Part shown: positions 27,789-37,223 of the stretch, piece by piece | Position numbering within the stretch: the first letter of the stretch is position 1 | Layout: every line of letters begins with the position of its first letter | Position numbers and translations under genes: made by a program | Notes under the pieces: model-generated | What the model was told of the DNA's origin: nothing | Databases searched by the model: none | The model's input: only the letters and a program-made list of their open reading frames with translations | DNA from: an uncultured beta proteobacterium | GTDB taxonomy: Bacteria; Pseudomonadota; Gammaproteobacteria; Burkholderiales; SG8-39 | DNA: 64,000 nucleotides | Assembly: GCA_963716855.1 (NCBI GenBank) | Contig: CAVQUV010000015.1 | Span: 11,164-75,163, forward strand | Direction of reading: 5' to 3'

Positions 27789-27798
27789 GCGGCCGGGC

Positions 27799-28459
27799 TC
27801 AACGCTTGGCGTTCTTCTCTGCGTACAGCCTCGTGTTCTCTTTGCGATCCGCGGCGATCTTCTGCACTGTCGGCCGCTGGTTCATCTCCTTGAGGTACGC
27901 GCGCAATCTGTGGGTATGGCTCGGCGAAGTCGCGGCCGTAGATGCGCTTCGTCGCCATCGCGACGAGCGGCAGATGCTGGGCCGCGGCGCAGTCGGCGAG
28001 CGTGAGCTCGGGGCCGGCGATGAACGGCGCGAATTTCGCGAGCTGCGCGACGGCCTTGAGGCCGCGCGGGAGCTCCTTCTCCACCTGCTGCTTCGTCTCG
28101 TCCGACACCTTGCCGCCGAAGAACGCTTCCGCGTAGAGCCGCCGCATCACCAGCTCCACGTGGAGCTCCAGGAACACGATCAGCTCGCGCACCTTCGCGC
28201 GGTCGAACGGGTCCTTCGGGAGCAGCGGCTTCTGCGGATACGCCTCCTCGATGTACTCGCCGATGACCTGCGACTCGGCGAGCGTGCGGCCGTCCACGTC
28301 GATGTACGGCAGTTTGCCGCGCGGCGAGCGGGCGAGGTGCGCCTCGTCACGCGACGGCCACTCCAGCACTTCCTCGAACGGGACGCCCTTCTCCAGCAGC
28401 TGCATCTTTACCTTGTTGTAGTAGTTGCTGGTGGCGAAGCCGCAGAGCTTGAGGGTCAC
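27799..28459 (-). pseudogene. glutathione S-transferase, interrupted by one +1 frameshift near 27898 (true lesion or assembly error)
   Basis: GTG 28459 follows GGAG. The sequence is GST-like through ...YPQIAR. After skipping one G in a gcgcgcg run, the frame reads YLKEMNQRPTVQKIAADRKENTRLYAEKNAKR-stop (27799). Length is 661 nt = 3n+1. Confidence 0.8.
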
Positions 28460-28491
28460 GAGGATCTCCGTTTGTTGGGGACGACCAGGGT

Positions 28492-29550
28492 TCAGGCGCC
28501 GGCGCGCTGCGCGTACTGCCAGCCCATCTCGGCGAGCGGGCGGGCGCGCTTGCCGGCGTCGAGCGCCTGCTGGCTCGCGGCGGTGCCGTCGAGCGCGCGC
28601 TTCATGATCCCCTGCAGGATCGCGGCGAGCCGGAACATGTTGTAGGCGAGATAGAAGTCCCAGTTGTCGATGCGGTCGCGCCCGGTGCGGCGGCAATACG
28701 TCGCGACGTACGCCTCCTCGGTCGGAATGCCCAGGCCGGGCAGGTCGAGGCCCGCGATGCCGCGGAACTGCGCCGGCGGGATGTGCCAGCTCATGCAGTG
28801 ATACGAGAAGTCGGCGAGCGGATGGCCGAGCGTGGAGAGCTCCCAGTCGAGGATCGCCAGGATGCGCGGCTCGGTCGGGTGGAAGACGAGGTTGTCGAGC
28901 CGGTAGTCGCCGTGGACGATCGTCGTCTCGTCGCCGGGCGGAATCGCGCCGGGCAGCCACGCCATCAGCCGTTCCATCGCCTCGATCGGCTCGGTCGCGG
29001 AGGCGCGGTACTGCTTCGACCAGCGGTCGAGCTGGCGCGCGAAGTAGTTGCCGGGCTTGCCGAAGGTCTCGAGCCCGATCGCCTTGTAGTCGACGGCGTG
29101 CAGCTGCGCGATCACGCGGTTCATCTCGTCGTAGATCGCGCGCCGCTCGTCGCGGCTCATCCCGGGCAGTGCCTGGTCCCACAGCACGCGGCCCTCGACG
29201 TAGTCCATGACGTAGAAGGCGCGGCCGATGACGTTTTCGTCTTCGCAGAGGGCGAACGTGCGCGGCACCGGCAGGCCGGCGCCGCCGAGCGCGGTGATGA
29301 CGCGGTATTCGCGGTCGACCGCGTGCGCGGAGGGCAAGAGCTTCGCCGCCGGCGCGGGCTTCGCGCGCATCACGTAGCGCGCGCCGGGCGTCTTCAGCAG
29401 GAATGTCGGATTCGACTGGCCGCCCTTGAACTGCTCGACCTCGAGCGGGCCGCGGTATCCGGCGACGCGCTCGCGCAGATACGCGTCGAGCGCGCCCACG
29501 TCGAAGCGCTGGCGCTCCTGGACCGGGGTGGTGCCGACGAAGGTTTCCAT
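28492..29550 (-). CDS. phosphotransferase-family protein (APH/ACAD10-N-terminal-like kinase fold)
   Basis: 352 aa with QFKGGQSNPTF, the Brenner-type motif VHGDYRLDNLVF, and DWELS. Confidence 0.85.
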   Translation of the reverse strand: METFVGTTPVQERQRFDVGALDAYLRERVAGYRGPLEVEQFKGGQSNPTFLLKTPGARYVMRAKPAPAAKLLPSAHAVDREYRVITALGGAGLPVPRTFALCEDENVIGRAFYVMDYVEGRVLWDQALPGMSRDERRAIYDEMNRVIAQLHAVDYKAIGLETFGKPGNYFARQLDRWSKQYRASATEPIEAMERLMAWLPGAIPPGDETTIVHGDYRLDNLVFHPTEPRILAILDWELSTLGHPLADFSYHCMSWHIPPAQFRGIAGLDLPGLGIPTEEAYVATYCRRTGRDRIDNWDFYLAYNMFRLAAILQGIMKRALDGTAASQQALDAGKRARPLAEMGWQYAQRAGA

Positions 29551-29667
29551 GGGCAGGCGCCAGTTTACTCAAGCGCGGGCGACTGCGGCCGGCGCCGTCA
29601 TCCCCGTGGAGGTGGGGACCCAGCAGGATCCGACGGCCTGGATTCCCGCGTACGCGGGAACGACGGG

Positions 29668-30339
29668 CTACGCGCGGACAACGATCTCGAACCGCGCGGC
29701 GAGCGCCTTGCCGTCGGCGGCGCGGTCCAGCCGCACGGTCACCAACGCCCGGTCGCGCGGGTCGAGCGAGCCGTACAGCCCGTCGCGCGCGTTGCCCGGC
29801 TCGCCCTCCACGTACATCTGGGTGACGAGATCCTGGAATCCCGGGCCCGTGACGCGGAAGTGGATGTGCGGCGTGCGGCCCGGATAGGGCACCGGCTTGA
29901 TCGTGCGGAACCGGTAGGCGCCGTCCGCTGCGGTCACGAACTGGCCCCAGCCCTGGAAGGCGGGATCGAGCGGCGCGCTCGACGTGTCGCCCGGATGGTG
30001 ATAGCGGCCGAGCGCGTTGCACTGCCAGATCTCCACGCGCGCGCCCGCGACCGGCTTGCCGCTGGTGTCGACGACGACGCCGGTAAGCAGGAGCAGCTCG
30101 CCCTTCGCGATCCCCGGCTGCCCCTTGACCGCCACGAGATCGTTGTCGTCGTCGGCCGGGAAGTCGCGCGGATAGAACGGCCCGGCGGTCTGGCGCGGCG
30201 TCGGCACGCGCGCCTGCGCGCGTCCGGCGTACGGCACACCCGCGAGCGCGAGACCCGCGACCGAGGCCGCGAGCAGCCTGCGGCGCGCCGCGCGCGCCTC
30301 TTCGAGCCCGTCCTCGTCGCCGATCCGCGGCGTCGGCAT
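29668..30339 (-). CDS. Tat-exported intradiol ring-cleavage dioxygenase-like protein
   Basis: ARAARRRLLAASVAGLALAG (twin-arginine signal), then VEIWQCNALGRYHH and GRTPHIHFRV. An alternative GTG start lies at 30354. Confidence 0.8.
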   Translation of the reverse strand: MPTPRIGDEDGLEEARAARRRLLAASVAGLALAGVPYAGRAQARVPTPRQTAGPFYPRDFPADDDNDLVAVKGQPGIAKGELLLLTGVVVDTSGKPVAGARVEIWQCNALGRYHHPGDTSSAPLDPAFQGWGQFVTAADGAYRFRTIKPVPYPGRTPHIHFRVTGPGFQDLVTQMYVEGEPGNARDGLYGSLDPRDRALVTVRLDRAADGKALAARFEIVVRA

Positions 30340-30371
30340 CCTTCCTGTCGTCACGCTTTCCCTTTCCCTCG

Positions 30372-31433
30372 TCACAGCGGCTTCTTCGCCTTGAAGTATT
30401 CGAACCGGTCGATCGACTTCACCCGCACGTCGCGCTCGTCCACGCCGCGGAGGATCTTCATCGGCACCTCGACCCCGGCCGCGCCGAGCTTCCACACCTT
30501 CTCGTAGAGCTCGACGTGCGTCTTGACCGCCTGCCCGCCGACGCTCACCACGACGTCGCCCTGGAGGATGCCCGACTGGTCGGCCGGGCTGTCGGGCGAC
30601 ACGCGCGTCACCAGGAGCCGGCCTTGCATCTCCTCGGTCGCGAGGCCGAGCCACGGGCGCTGCGGGCCGGCCACGCGGCCCTGCGCCTTGAGCTGCGCGA
30701 GGATCGGCTTGAGCAGATCGGTGGGCACGAACATGTTGCCGAGGAGCAGGGCGTCGGGCTCGGCGGCGTTGCGCACCAGCAGCGATCCGACCCCGACGAG
30801 CTTGAGCTCGCGATTGACGAGGGCGGCCCCGGCCCAGCCGTCGGTGGCGGGCGCGGTGAAGATCGCGCTGTCGAGCAGGTACTCCCAGCTCCCGGTGAAG
30901 CGGCGCTTCGACGTCACCTGCGCGAGGCTCGCGGTTTCCTGGCCGCCGAACGGCGCGACGATCACCGGCTCGCGCAGCGCGAGCGTCGCCGAGTCGCCGA
31001 GCGGCAGCGGCTTCACCCCGAGATCGCCCTGCACCTTCAGCAGCCCGAAGCCGGTGGCGTGGTCGTAGCCGGCGAGCGTCGCCGGCAGCGTCTTGCGGTT
31101 CGACGCGGTCACCTCGATCGAGTCCGGCTCGATGACGAGATAGCCGATGGTGAGCACCCAACCCGGCTCGATGACGATGCCGCTGCCCGCGCGCGCCGGC
31201 CCGAGCGTCCCGCTCGAGCGCGCGTCCTCGACCGCCTTCATCCGGACGCGCACGATCGAGGTGAACATCTCCTCGACCTTGCGCTCGAATTCCGCCTCGG
31301 CGGGATCCTTCTTGGTGAGCGTCTGCTCGCGCTCGCTCTGCGCGTACCCGGCCGGGATCCAGGCGAGGGACGTCGCGAAAACCGCGGCGAGAACGAGGAC
31401 AAGCGGACGGGCGCGGCGTTGGTTTCGGCTCAT
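30372..31433 (-). CDS. HtrA/DegP-like trypsin-fold + PDZ protein with substituted catalytic triad (pseudo-protease)
   Basis: AGGAGG lies before ATG 31433. Signal peptide present. GSGIVIEPGWVLTIGYLV, TGFGLLKV and DGWAGAALVN align by eye to the His, Asp and Ser regions of DegP. A PDZ-like C-terminus (VTRVSPDSPADQSGILQGDVVVSVGG) follows. Confidence 0.8.
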   Translation of the reverse strand: MSRNQRRARPLVLVLAAVFATSLAWIPAGYAQSEREQTLTKKDPAEAEFERKVEEMFTSIVRVRMKAVEDARSSGTLGPARAGSGIVIEPGWVLTIGYLVIEPDSIEVTASNRKTLPATLAGYDHATGFGLLKVQGDLGVKPLPLGDSATLALREPVIVAPFGGQETASLAQVTSKRRFTGSWEYLLDSAIFTAPATDGWAGAALVNRELKLVGVGSLLVRNAAEPDALLLGNMFVPTDLLKPILAQLKAQGRVAGPQRPWLGLATEEMQGRLLVTRVSPDSPADQSGILQGDVVVSVGGQAVKTHVELYEKVWKLGAAGVEVPMKILRGVDERDVRVKSIDRFEYFKAKKPL

Positions 31434-31562
31434 GGCGATCCTCCTGGCGTGAGAACAGCCGTGGAGCGCATTCTCTTCCCAAGCGGCCGGGATTGTCACG
31501 CGTCAATTCCCCGACCCGCAGCGCGGCCTTTGCGCGGCGGCGGCCCTGCTATCCTGCGCGCC

Positions 31563-32546
31563 ATGAATCCGCCGAACCTCGTCGACGTCCTCGCCGCGCG
31601 CAAGCGCATCGCGCCGCACCTGCCGCGCACGCCGCTGTTCCGTTACCCGGCGCTCGACGCGCTGCTCGGCTGCGAGGCCTGGGTCAAGCACGAGAACCAC
31701 CAGCCGATCGGCGTGTTCAAGGTGCGCGGCGGCGTGAACCTCGTCGCGACGCTCGCGCCCGAAGAACGCCGGCGCGGCGTCGTCACCGCGAGCACCGGCA
31801 ATCATGGGCAGTCGATCGCTTTTGCCGCAAGCCTGTTCGGCGTGCGCGCGGTGATCTGCGTGCCCGAGGGCGCGAACGCCGGGAAGGTTGCGGCGATCCG
31901 CGGCTTCGGTGCGGAGATCGCCGAACGGGGCGCGAAGTTCGACGACGCCGCGGCGAACGCGCGCGCCATCGCCGAACGCGACGGGCTGCGCTTCGTGCAC
32001 TCGGCGAACGAGCCCGACCTCATCGCCGGGGTCGGCACCTACGCGCTCGAGATGCTCGAGGACCAGCCGGCGCTCGACGCGATCGTCGTGCCGGTCGGCC
32101 TCGGCAGCGGCGCCGCGGGGACGTGCATCGCGGCGAAGGCGGTGAAGCCGGGCATCCGCGTGATCGGCGTGCAGGCCGCCGCCGCGCCCGCGGTGCACGA
32201 CTCGTGGCGCGCCGGCCGCATCGAATCGCGGCCGAACGAGACGTACGCCGAAGGACTCGCCACCGGCCGCGCGGCGGAGCTGACGCTCGCGATCCTGCGC
32301 GCGCAGCTCGACGACTTCCGCCTCGTGACCGAGGACGAGATCCGCCGCGGCATGGCGTGGTGGATCGAGTGCTGCCATTCGCTCGCCGAGTCGGCGGCCG
32401 GAGCGGTGCTCGCGGCGGCGCACCGCATGCGCGACGAGCTGCGCGGCCAGCGCGTCGGGCTCGTGCTCTCGGGCGGCAACACCTCGATCGCGCATCTCGC
32501 GGACGCGCTGGCCGTGTCGCCCTACAGCGACACCGCACGCCGCTGA
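31563..32546 (+). CDS. PLP-dependent threonine/serine dehydratase family protein
   Basis: 327 aa with HENHQPIGVFKVRGG (PLP lysine), ASTGNHGQ and GLGSGAAG. Confidence 0.85.
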   Translation: MNPPNLVDVLAARKRIAPHLPRTPLFRYPALDALLGCEAWVKHENHQPIGVFKVRGGVNLVATLAPEERRRGVVTASTGNHGQSIAFAASLFGVRAVICVPEGANAGKVAAIRGFGAEIAERGAKFDDAAANARAIAERDGLRFVHSANEPDLIAGVGTYALEMLEDQPALDAIVVPVGLGSGAAGTCIAAKAVKPGIRVIGVQAAAAPAVHDSWRAGRIESRPNETYAEGLATGRAAELTLAILRAQLDDFRLVTEDEIRRGMAWWIECCHSLAESAAGAVLAAAHRMRDELRGQRVGLVLSGGNTSIAHLADALAVSPYSDTARR

Positions 32547-32702
32547 TCTCGCACGCGTTTGCGCGTCACGCGCGTTTCACGTCGCCGCAAGCCGACGTTC
32601 ACGCGCGCTTCATCCTAGGGAAACACGATTCGGGCACGATCTCTGCGTTGCAGACCCAGTCGGCCACGCGCCGGCTGCCCTCAACAGCAGAAAGGAGATC
32701 CG

Positions 32703-32960
32703 ATGCTGAATCCCAGTTTCCTCGCAGCGTCCATCATCGCCCTCGGCATCACCGCCGAGCCCGCGCTCGGCCAGGGCTCGACGCGTCGGAGCGCCGATAG
32801 GGAGTTCCAGCAGCTCGACGTTGATGGCGACGGATTCATTACGCGCGCCGAGGCGACGAAGATCCCGGGCATCGCGGAGCGCTTCGCGAAGTTCAACGTA
32901 AACAGGGACGGGAAGCTCGACCGCAGCGAGTTCGCCGCGCTCCTCGCCAGCATGAAGTGA
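32703..32960 (+). CDS. secreted EF-hand protein (two Ca-binding loops)
   Basis: AAAGGAGA lies before the ATG. Signal peptide present. Loops DVDGDGFITRAE and NVNRDGKLDRSE. Confidence 0.8.
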   Translation: MLNPSFLAASIIALGITAEPALGQGSTRRSADREFQQLDVDGDGFITRAEATKIPGIAERFAKFNVNRDGKLDRSEFAALLASMK

Positions 32961-33002
32961 CGTTGCCGGAGGCGGCGCAGTGCGCGTCGCCTCCGGCAAC
33001 GT
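32960..33002 (+). terminator. 15-bp perfect hairpin immediately after the EF-hand stop (no clear U-tract)
   Basis: acgttgccggaggcg-(13 nt)-cgcctccggcaacgt, starting at the last base of the TGA. Confidence 0.5.
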
Positions 33003-33113
33003 CATCCCGGCGCATGCCGAGATCCAGAACCCTGGACTCCGGCGTTCGCCGGAGTGACGAGCCTTTCAAGTGACGGGGGCGCGCAAGCAACGCCGGTATG
33101 ATCCGGGCGCGCG

Positions 33114-33911
33114 ATGGCCGTCCTCCTCAAGATCTCGCTCGTTCCCGTCGTCGTCTGGCTCGCGAGCGTCGCCGGCCGGCGCTGGGGTCATTCGGTCTCC
33201 GGCTGGATCAGCGGGCTTCCGCTGATCGCCGGGCCGATCAGCGTCTTCCTCGCGCACGATCCCGGCCCCGCGTTCGCCGCGGCGTCCGCCGCCACCACCC
33301 TTCAGGTCACCGGTGCGGCGGCGCTGCACTGCTGGGCGTACGCCTGGGCGGCGCGGCGATTCAACTGGCTGGCGTCGCTGCTCATCGGCTGGGCGGCGTT
33401 CGCGATCGCGGCGCCCGTGCTGGGCGCCGTGCCGCTCCCGCCGCTCGGCGGATTCGCGCTCACGATGGCCGCGCTCATGCTCCTCCTCGGCACGCTGCCG
33501 CGAGTGCCGGCGACGAGCGGCCCGGTGCACATTCCCGGCATCGAGCTCGCGGTGCGCATCGTCGCCGCGGCCGCGCTCGCCGCCGCGGTGATGCTCGGCG
33601 CCGCCGCTCTCGGGCCACGGCTCTCCGGCGTCCTGATCGCCTTCCCGATCACCGGCTCCGTCCTGCCGACGTTCACGCGCGCGCTGTACGGCGCCGACGC
33701 AACCGCTCGCCTCGTCGCGGGATTCGTCTCGGGTCTGTTCGCGTTTGCGGTGTTCCAATTCGTCGTCGCCGTGTCGCTCGAGGCGCTCGGCGCCGCGGTT
33801 GCGTACCCGCTCGCGGTCGTGGCGACGCTCGCGGCGACCGGCGTCGTGATGCGGGCGCGGCGGACGGCGTGGCTGCGCCGCGCGCGCCGCGAGGGTAGGA
33901 TGCCGCGATGA
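33114..33911 (+). CDS. hypothetical polytopic membrane protein
   Basis: 265 aa with about 7 hydrophobic segments. The stop overlaps the start of the MFS gene (ATGA). Confidence 0.6.
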   Translation: MAVLLKISLVPVVVWLASVAGRRWGHSVSGWISGLPLIAGPISVFLAHDPGPAFAAASAATTLQVTGAAALHCWAYAWAARRFNWLASLLIGWAAFAIAAPVLGAVPLPPLGGFALTMAALMLLLGTLPRVPATSGPVHIPGIELAVRIVAAAALAAAVMLGAAALGPRLSGVLIAFPITGSVLPTFTRALYGADATARLVAGFVSGLFAFAVFQFVVAVSLEALGAAVAYPLAVVATLAATGVVMRARRTAWLRRARREGRMPR

Positions 33912-35095
33912 ACAACCGGCCGCGCCTCGACCTGTTTCTCAACATCGGGCATACGCTCGACCACCTGGTCATGCTGATCTTCCCGACGGCGGTGCTCGCC
34001 ATCGGGGAAGCCTGGCAGATGTCCTACGGCGAGCTCCTGCCGCTCGCCCTCGGCGGGTTCATCGCGTTCGGCGCGTTCTCGATCCCGGCCGGCTGGCTCG
34101 CCGACCACTGGAGCCGCACCGGGATGATGCGGGTGTTCTTCTTCGGGATCGGCGCGGCGACGCTCCTGACCGGCTTCGCGCGCACGCCCGTCGAGCTCGC
34201 CGCCGGTCTCGCGACGATCGGCATGTTCGCCGCGATCTACCACCCGGTCGGCATCGCGATGCTGGTTGCCAATCGCAGCGATCTCGGCCGCACGCTCGGC
34301 GTGAACGGGGTGTTCGGCAACACCGGTCTCGCGTTCGCGGCGCTGTTCTCGGGCGCGCTCGCCGACCTGGCCGGCTGGCGGGCCGCGTTCATCCTTCCGG
34401 GGCTTCTGTGCATCGGGATCGGGATCGGCTTCGTAGTCGTGAGCCGCGGCGTCGAGGTCGCCCGGGGCACCGCGAAGAAGGCCGAGGCGCGCGTGCCGCG
34501 TGCCCTCCTCGCGCGCGTGTTCCTGATCGTCGCGGTGGCGACGTGCTGCGGCGGCGTCATCTTCAACGCCACCACCGTGTCGATGCCCAAGGTCTTCGAC
34601 GAGCGGCTTGCGGCGCTCACCAGCACCAACTTCGGCATCGGCGTGCTGGTGTGCATCACCTACCTGATCGCGGCGATGGCGCAGCTCCTGGTCGGCAACT
34701 GGATCGACCGCCGTTCGGTGAAGGGCGTGTTCGTCGTGGTGGCCGCGATGCAGGTCCCGTTGCTGTTCGCCGCGGGCTCGCTCGCGGGCTACGGAATGCT
34801 CGTCGTCGCGGTGGCGATGATGTTCTTCGTGTTCGGCCAGATTCCGATCAACGACGCGATGGTCGCGAAGTACACCGCGGAGGAATGGCGCGCCCGCGCC
34901 TACGCGGTGCGCTACGTGGTGTCGTTCGCCGCGAGCGCGACCTCGGTGCCCCTCATCGCCTGGGTGCACCGCACGTACGGCGACTTCCAGCCGCTCTTCA
35001 CGATCCTCGCGGGGCTTGCGGCGTTGACCCTTGTCTCGGCGCTCGCCTTCCCGGGCGAGCGCGTCGCGAAGCCGGTGCCCGTCGGCGCCCGCTAG
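33908..35095 (+). CDS. MFS transporter
   Basis: 395 aa with 12 predicted helices and a DHWSRTGMM-type motif between TM2 and TM3. Confidence 0.85.
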   Translation: MNNRPRLDLFLNIGHTLDHLVMLIFPTAVLAIGEAWQMSYGELLPLALGGFIAFGAFSIPAGWLADHWSRTGMMRVFFFGIGAATLLTGFARTPVELAAGLATIGMFAAIYHPVGIAMLVANRSDLGRTLGVNGVFGNTGLAFAALFSGALADLAGWRAAFILPGLLCIGIGIGFVVVSRGVEVARGTAKKAEARVPRALLARVFLIVAVATCCGGVIFNATTVSMPKVFDERLAALTSTNFGIGVLVCITYLIAAMAQLLVGNWIDRRSVKGVFVVVAAMQVPLLFAAGSLAGYGMLVVAVAMMFFVFGQIPINDAMVAKYTAEEWRARAYAVRYVVSFAASATSVPLIAWVHRTYGDFQPLFTILAGLAALTLVSALAFPGERVAKPVPVGAR

Positions 35096-35748
35096 CACCC
35101 GCAGCGGCAGGACCGATCCCGCAGCGCGCCGAGCAGCGTCCGGCCGAACCGGCCGAGCCGCTCGCGCACGCGCCACACGATCACGGCGAGGACGGCGAGC
35201 GCGAGCGCGCCGAGCACGGCCGCCGCCTGGGCCCCCGCCGCCTGCATCAGGACGAGCAGGCGATCGATCTCGCGGTGGAAGACCACGCCGAGCGCGAGCG
35301 CCGTGCCCGCCCAGAGCACGGCGCCCATCGCATCGAAGGCCGCGAAGTGCCGCCGCCGGTAGCCGGCGACGCCGGCGAGCGACGGCCCGAGCGCCGCGAG
35401 GCCGGGAACGAACCGCGTCACGAGCAGCGACTTCAGCCCGAACCGGGCGAACAGCGTATCGCGGTCCTCGGCGCACCGTTCCGGCGACGACCGGAAGCCG
35501 CACAGCGCCAGCAGGACACGCGCGCCGAAGCGCCGGCCGAGCTGGAACCACATCAGGTCGCCCGCGACCGCGCCGAGCACCGCGACCACGAAGACGAGCG
35601 GCGCGGAGATCGCGCCGTTCGCGGCGAGCGCGCCCGCGACGACGAGCACCGCGAACGCGGGAATCGGCACGCCGACCTGCTCGACCAGCACCGCGCCGAG
35701 TACGAACGCGTAGCCGTATTGCTGGATGAGGTCGTTGAGGGATGCCAT
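35092..35748 (-). CDS. DedA-family membrane protein
   Basis: YGYAFVLGAVLVEQVGVPIPA, GDLMWFQLGRRFG and TRFVPGL. Confidence 0.85.
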   Translation of the reverse strand: MASLNDLIQQYGYAFVLGAVLVEQVGVPIPAFAVLVVAGALAANGAISAPLVFVVAVLGAVAGDLMWFQLGRRFGARVLLALCGFRSSPERCAEDRDTLFARFGLKSLLVTRFVPGLAALGPSLAGVAGYRRRHFAAFDAMGAVLWAGTALALGVVFHREIDRLLVLMQAAGAQAAAVLGALALAVLAVIVWRVRERLGRFGRTLLGALRDRSCRCGC

Positions 35749-35764
35749 GGCCGGTCTCGCGCGC

Positions 35765-37213
35765 TTATTTCTCGGACACGTCCGCGGCCGGATCCCACCC
35801 GCCGCCGAGCGCGCGGATGAGCGCGACCGTGGACGCGGCGCGCGCGCCGCGGATCTGCACGTCGAGCCGCTGCACGACGAGCAGCGTGCGCTGCGAGTCG
35901 ACGACCTGGAGATAGCTCGTGGCCCCGGCGCGGTAGCGCGTTTCGGAGATCTGCAGCGCGCGCGCCGCGGACTGGACCGATTCGCGGGTCGCCTCGGCCT
36001 GGCCCGCCAGCGTGCGCAGGGCGACGAGGTTGTCCTCGACCTCCGCGAATGCGCCGAGCACGGTCTGCCGGTAGGCGCCGACCGACTCCTCGAGCACCGC
36101 GTACGAGCGGTCGAGGTTCGCCTGGTTGCGCCCGCCGTCGAAGATCGGCATGGAGAGGATCGTGCCGAACAGCGGACCGAGCGCCCAAGTGCGGCTCGAC
36201 CACTGGAAGAGCTCGGAGAGGTCGTTCGACTCGTAGCCGGCCAGGCCCGTGATCCGGAGCACCGGGTAGAACGCGGCCTTCGCGACGCCGATGCGCGCGT
36301 TCGACGCGGCCATCGTGCGGCTCGCGGCGGCGACGTCGGGACGGCGCTCGAGGAGCGTGGACGGCAGCCCGGGCGGCACCGACGGCAGCGAGGTCGGCAG
36401 CGACGCGCTCGCCACGCTGAACGACGCGGGCGCCTTGCCGAGCAGCACGGCGAGCCCGTTCTCGAGCTGCCCGCGCTGCCGTTCGAGGCCGTACACCTGG
36501 GTCTGCGCGAGGCCGACCTCGGTCTTCGCCTGCGCGAGGTCGAGCTCGCTGACGTCGCCGGCGTCGAACCGTCGCTGCACGAGCCGCAGGGTCTCCGTGC
36601 GGGAGGTGACCGTCTCGCGCAGCACGCGCAGCTCGTCGTCGGCCTGGCGCAGCCCGAAGTACGCCTGCGCGACGTCCGCCTGCACCGCGAGCATCGTCGC
36701 GCCGTACAGCGCGGCGGCGGCGTCCGCGTCGCTGCGCGCGGCGGCGACGCTGTCGGAGATGCGTCCGAACAGGTCCGCCTCCCAGCTCGCGGTGAGCTGT
36801 CCGCGCCAGACGGTATAAGCCGGGATGTCGGTGCCCTGCGGCAATCCGAGCGAAACGCCGGTCTGCTTGATCCGCGAGGGCCCGAACCCGGCGTCCACCC
36901 TCGGGAAGCGCTCGGCGTTCACGACGCCGACGACCGCGCGCGACTGCGCGAGGCGCGCCGCGGCGATCTTCAGCGTCTGGTTCGCGGCGATCGCCTGCGC
37001 CTCGAGCTCGTCGAGCTGCGGGTCGTTGAAGACCTTCCACCACTCGCCGCGCGGCACGGCGTCGGCGGGCTGGGCGGGTTTCCATTCGCCGCGCGGCTCG
37101 TCGGGGCCGAGCGCCTTGTAGCGCGCGGGCACGTCGACCTCGGGCTGCTCGAGCTTCGGCGCGAGCGAGCAGCCGGCGAGGAACGCAAGTGCAAGCAGAG
37201 CGAGCGATCTCAT
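35765..37213 (-). CDS. RND efflux outer-membrane factor lipoprotein (NodT/OprM family)
   Basis: MRSLALLALAFLAGC lipobox. GAGGTG lies 6 nt before ATG 37213; the track start GTG 37222 is an alternative. The sequence is OMF-like throughout. Confidence 0.9.
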   Translation of the reverse strand: MRSLALLALAFLAGCSLAPKLEQPEVDVPARYKALGPDEPRGEWKPAQPADAVPRGEWWKVFNDPQLDELEAQAIAANQTLKIAAARLAQSRAVVGVVNAERFPRVDAGFGPSRIKQTGVSLGLPQGTDIPAYTVWRGQLTASWEADLFGRISDSVAAARSDADAAAALYGATMLAVQADVAQAYFGLRQADDELRVLRETVTSRTETLRLVQRRFDAGDVSELDLAQAKTEVGLAQTQVYGLERQRGQLENGLAVLLGKAPASFSVASASLPTSLPSVPPGLPSTLLERRPDVAAASRTMAASNARIGVAKAAFYPVLRITGLAGYESNDLSELFQWSSRTWALGPLFGTILSMPIFDGGRNQANLDRSYAVLEESVGAYRQTVLGAFAEVEDNLVALRTLAGQAEATRESVQSAARALQISETRYRAGATSYLQVVDSQRTLLVVQRLDVQIRGARAASTVALIRALGGGWDPAADVSEK

Positions 37214-37223
37214 CGCCGCCACC

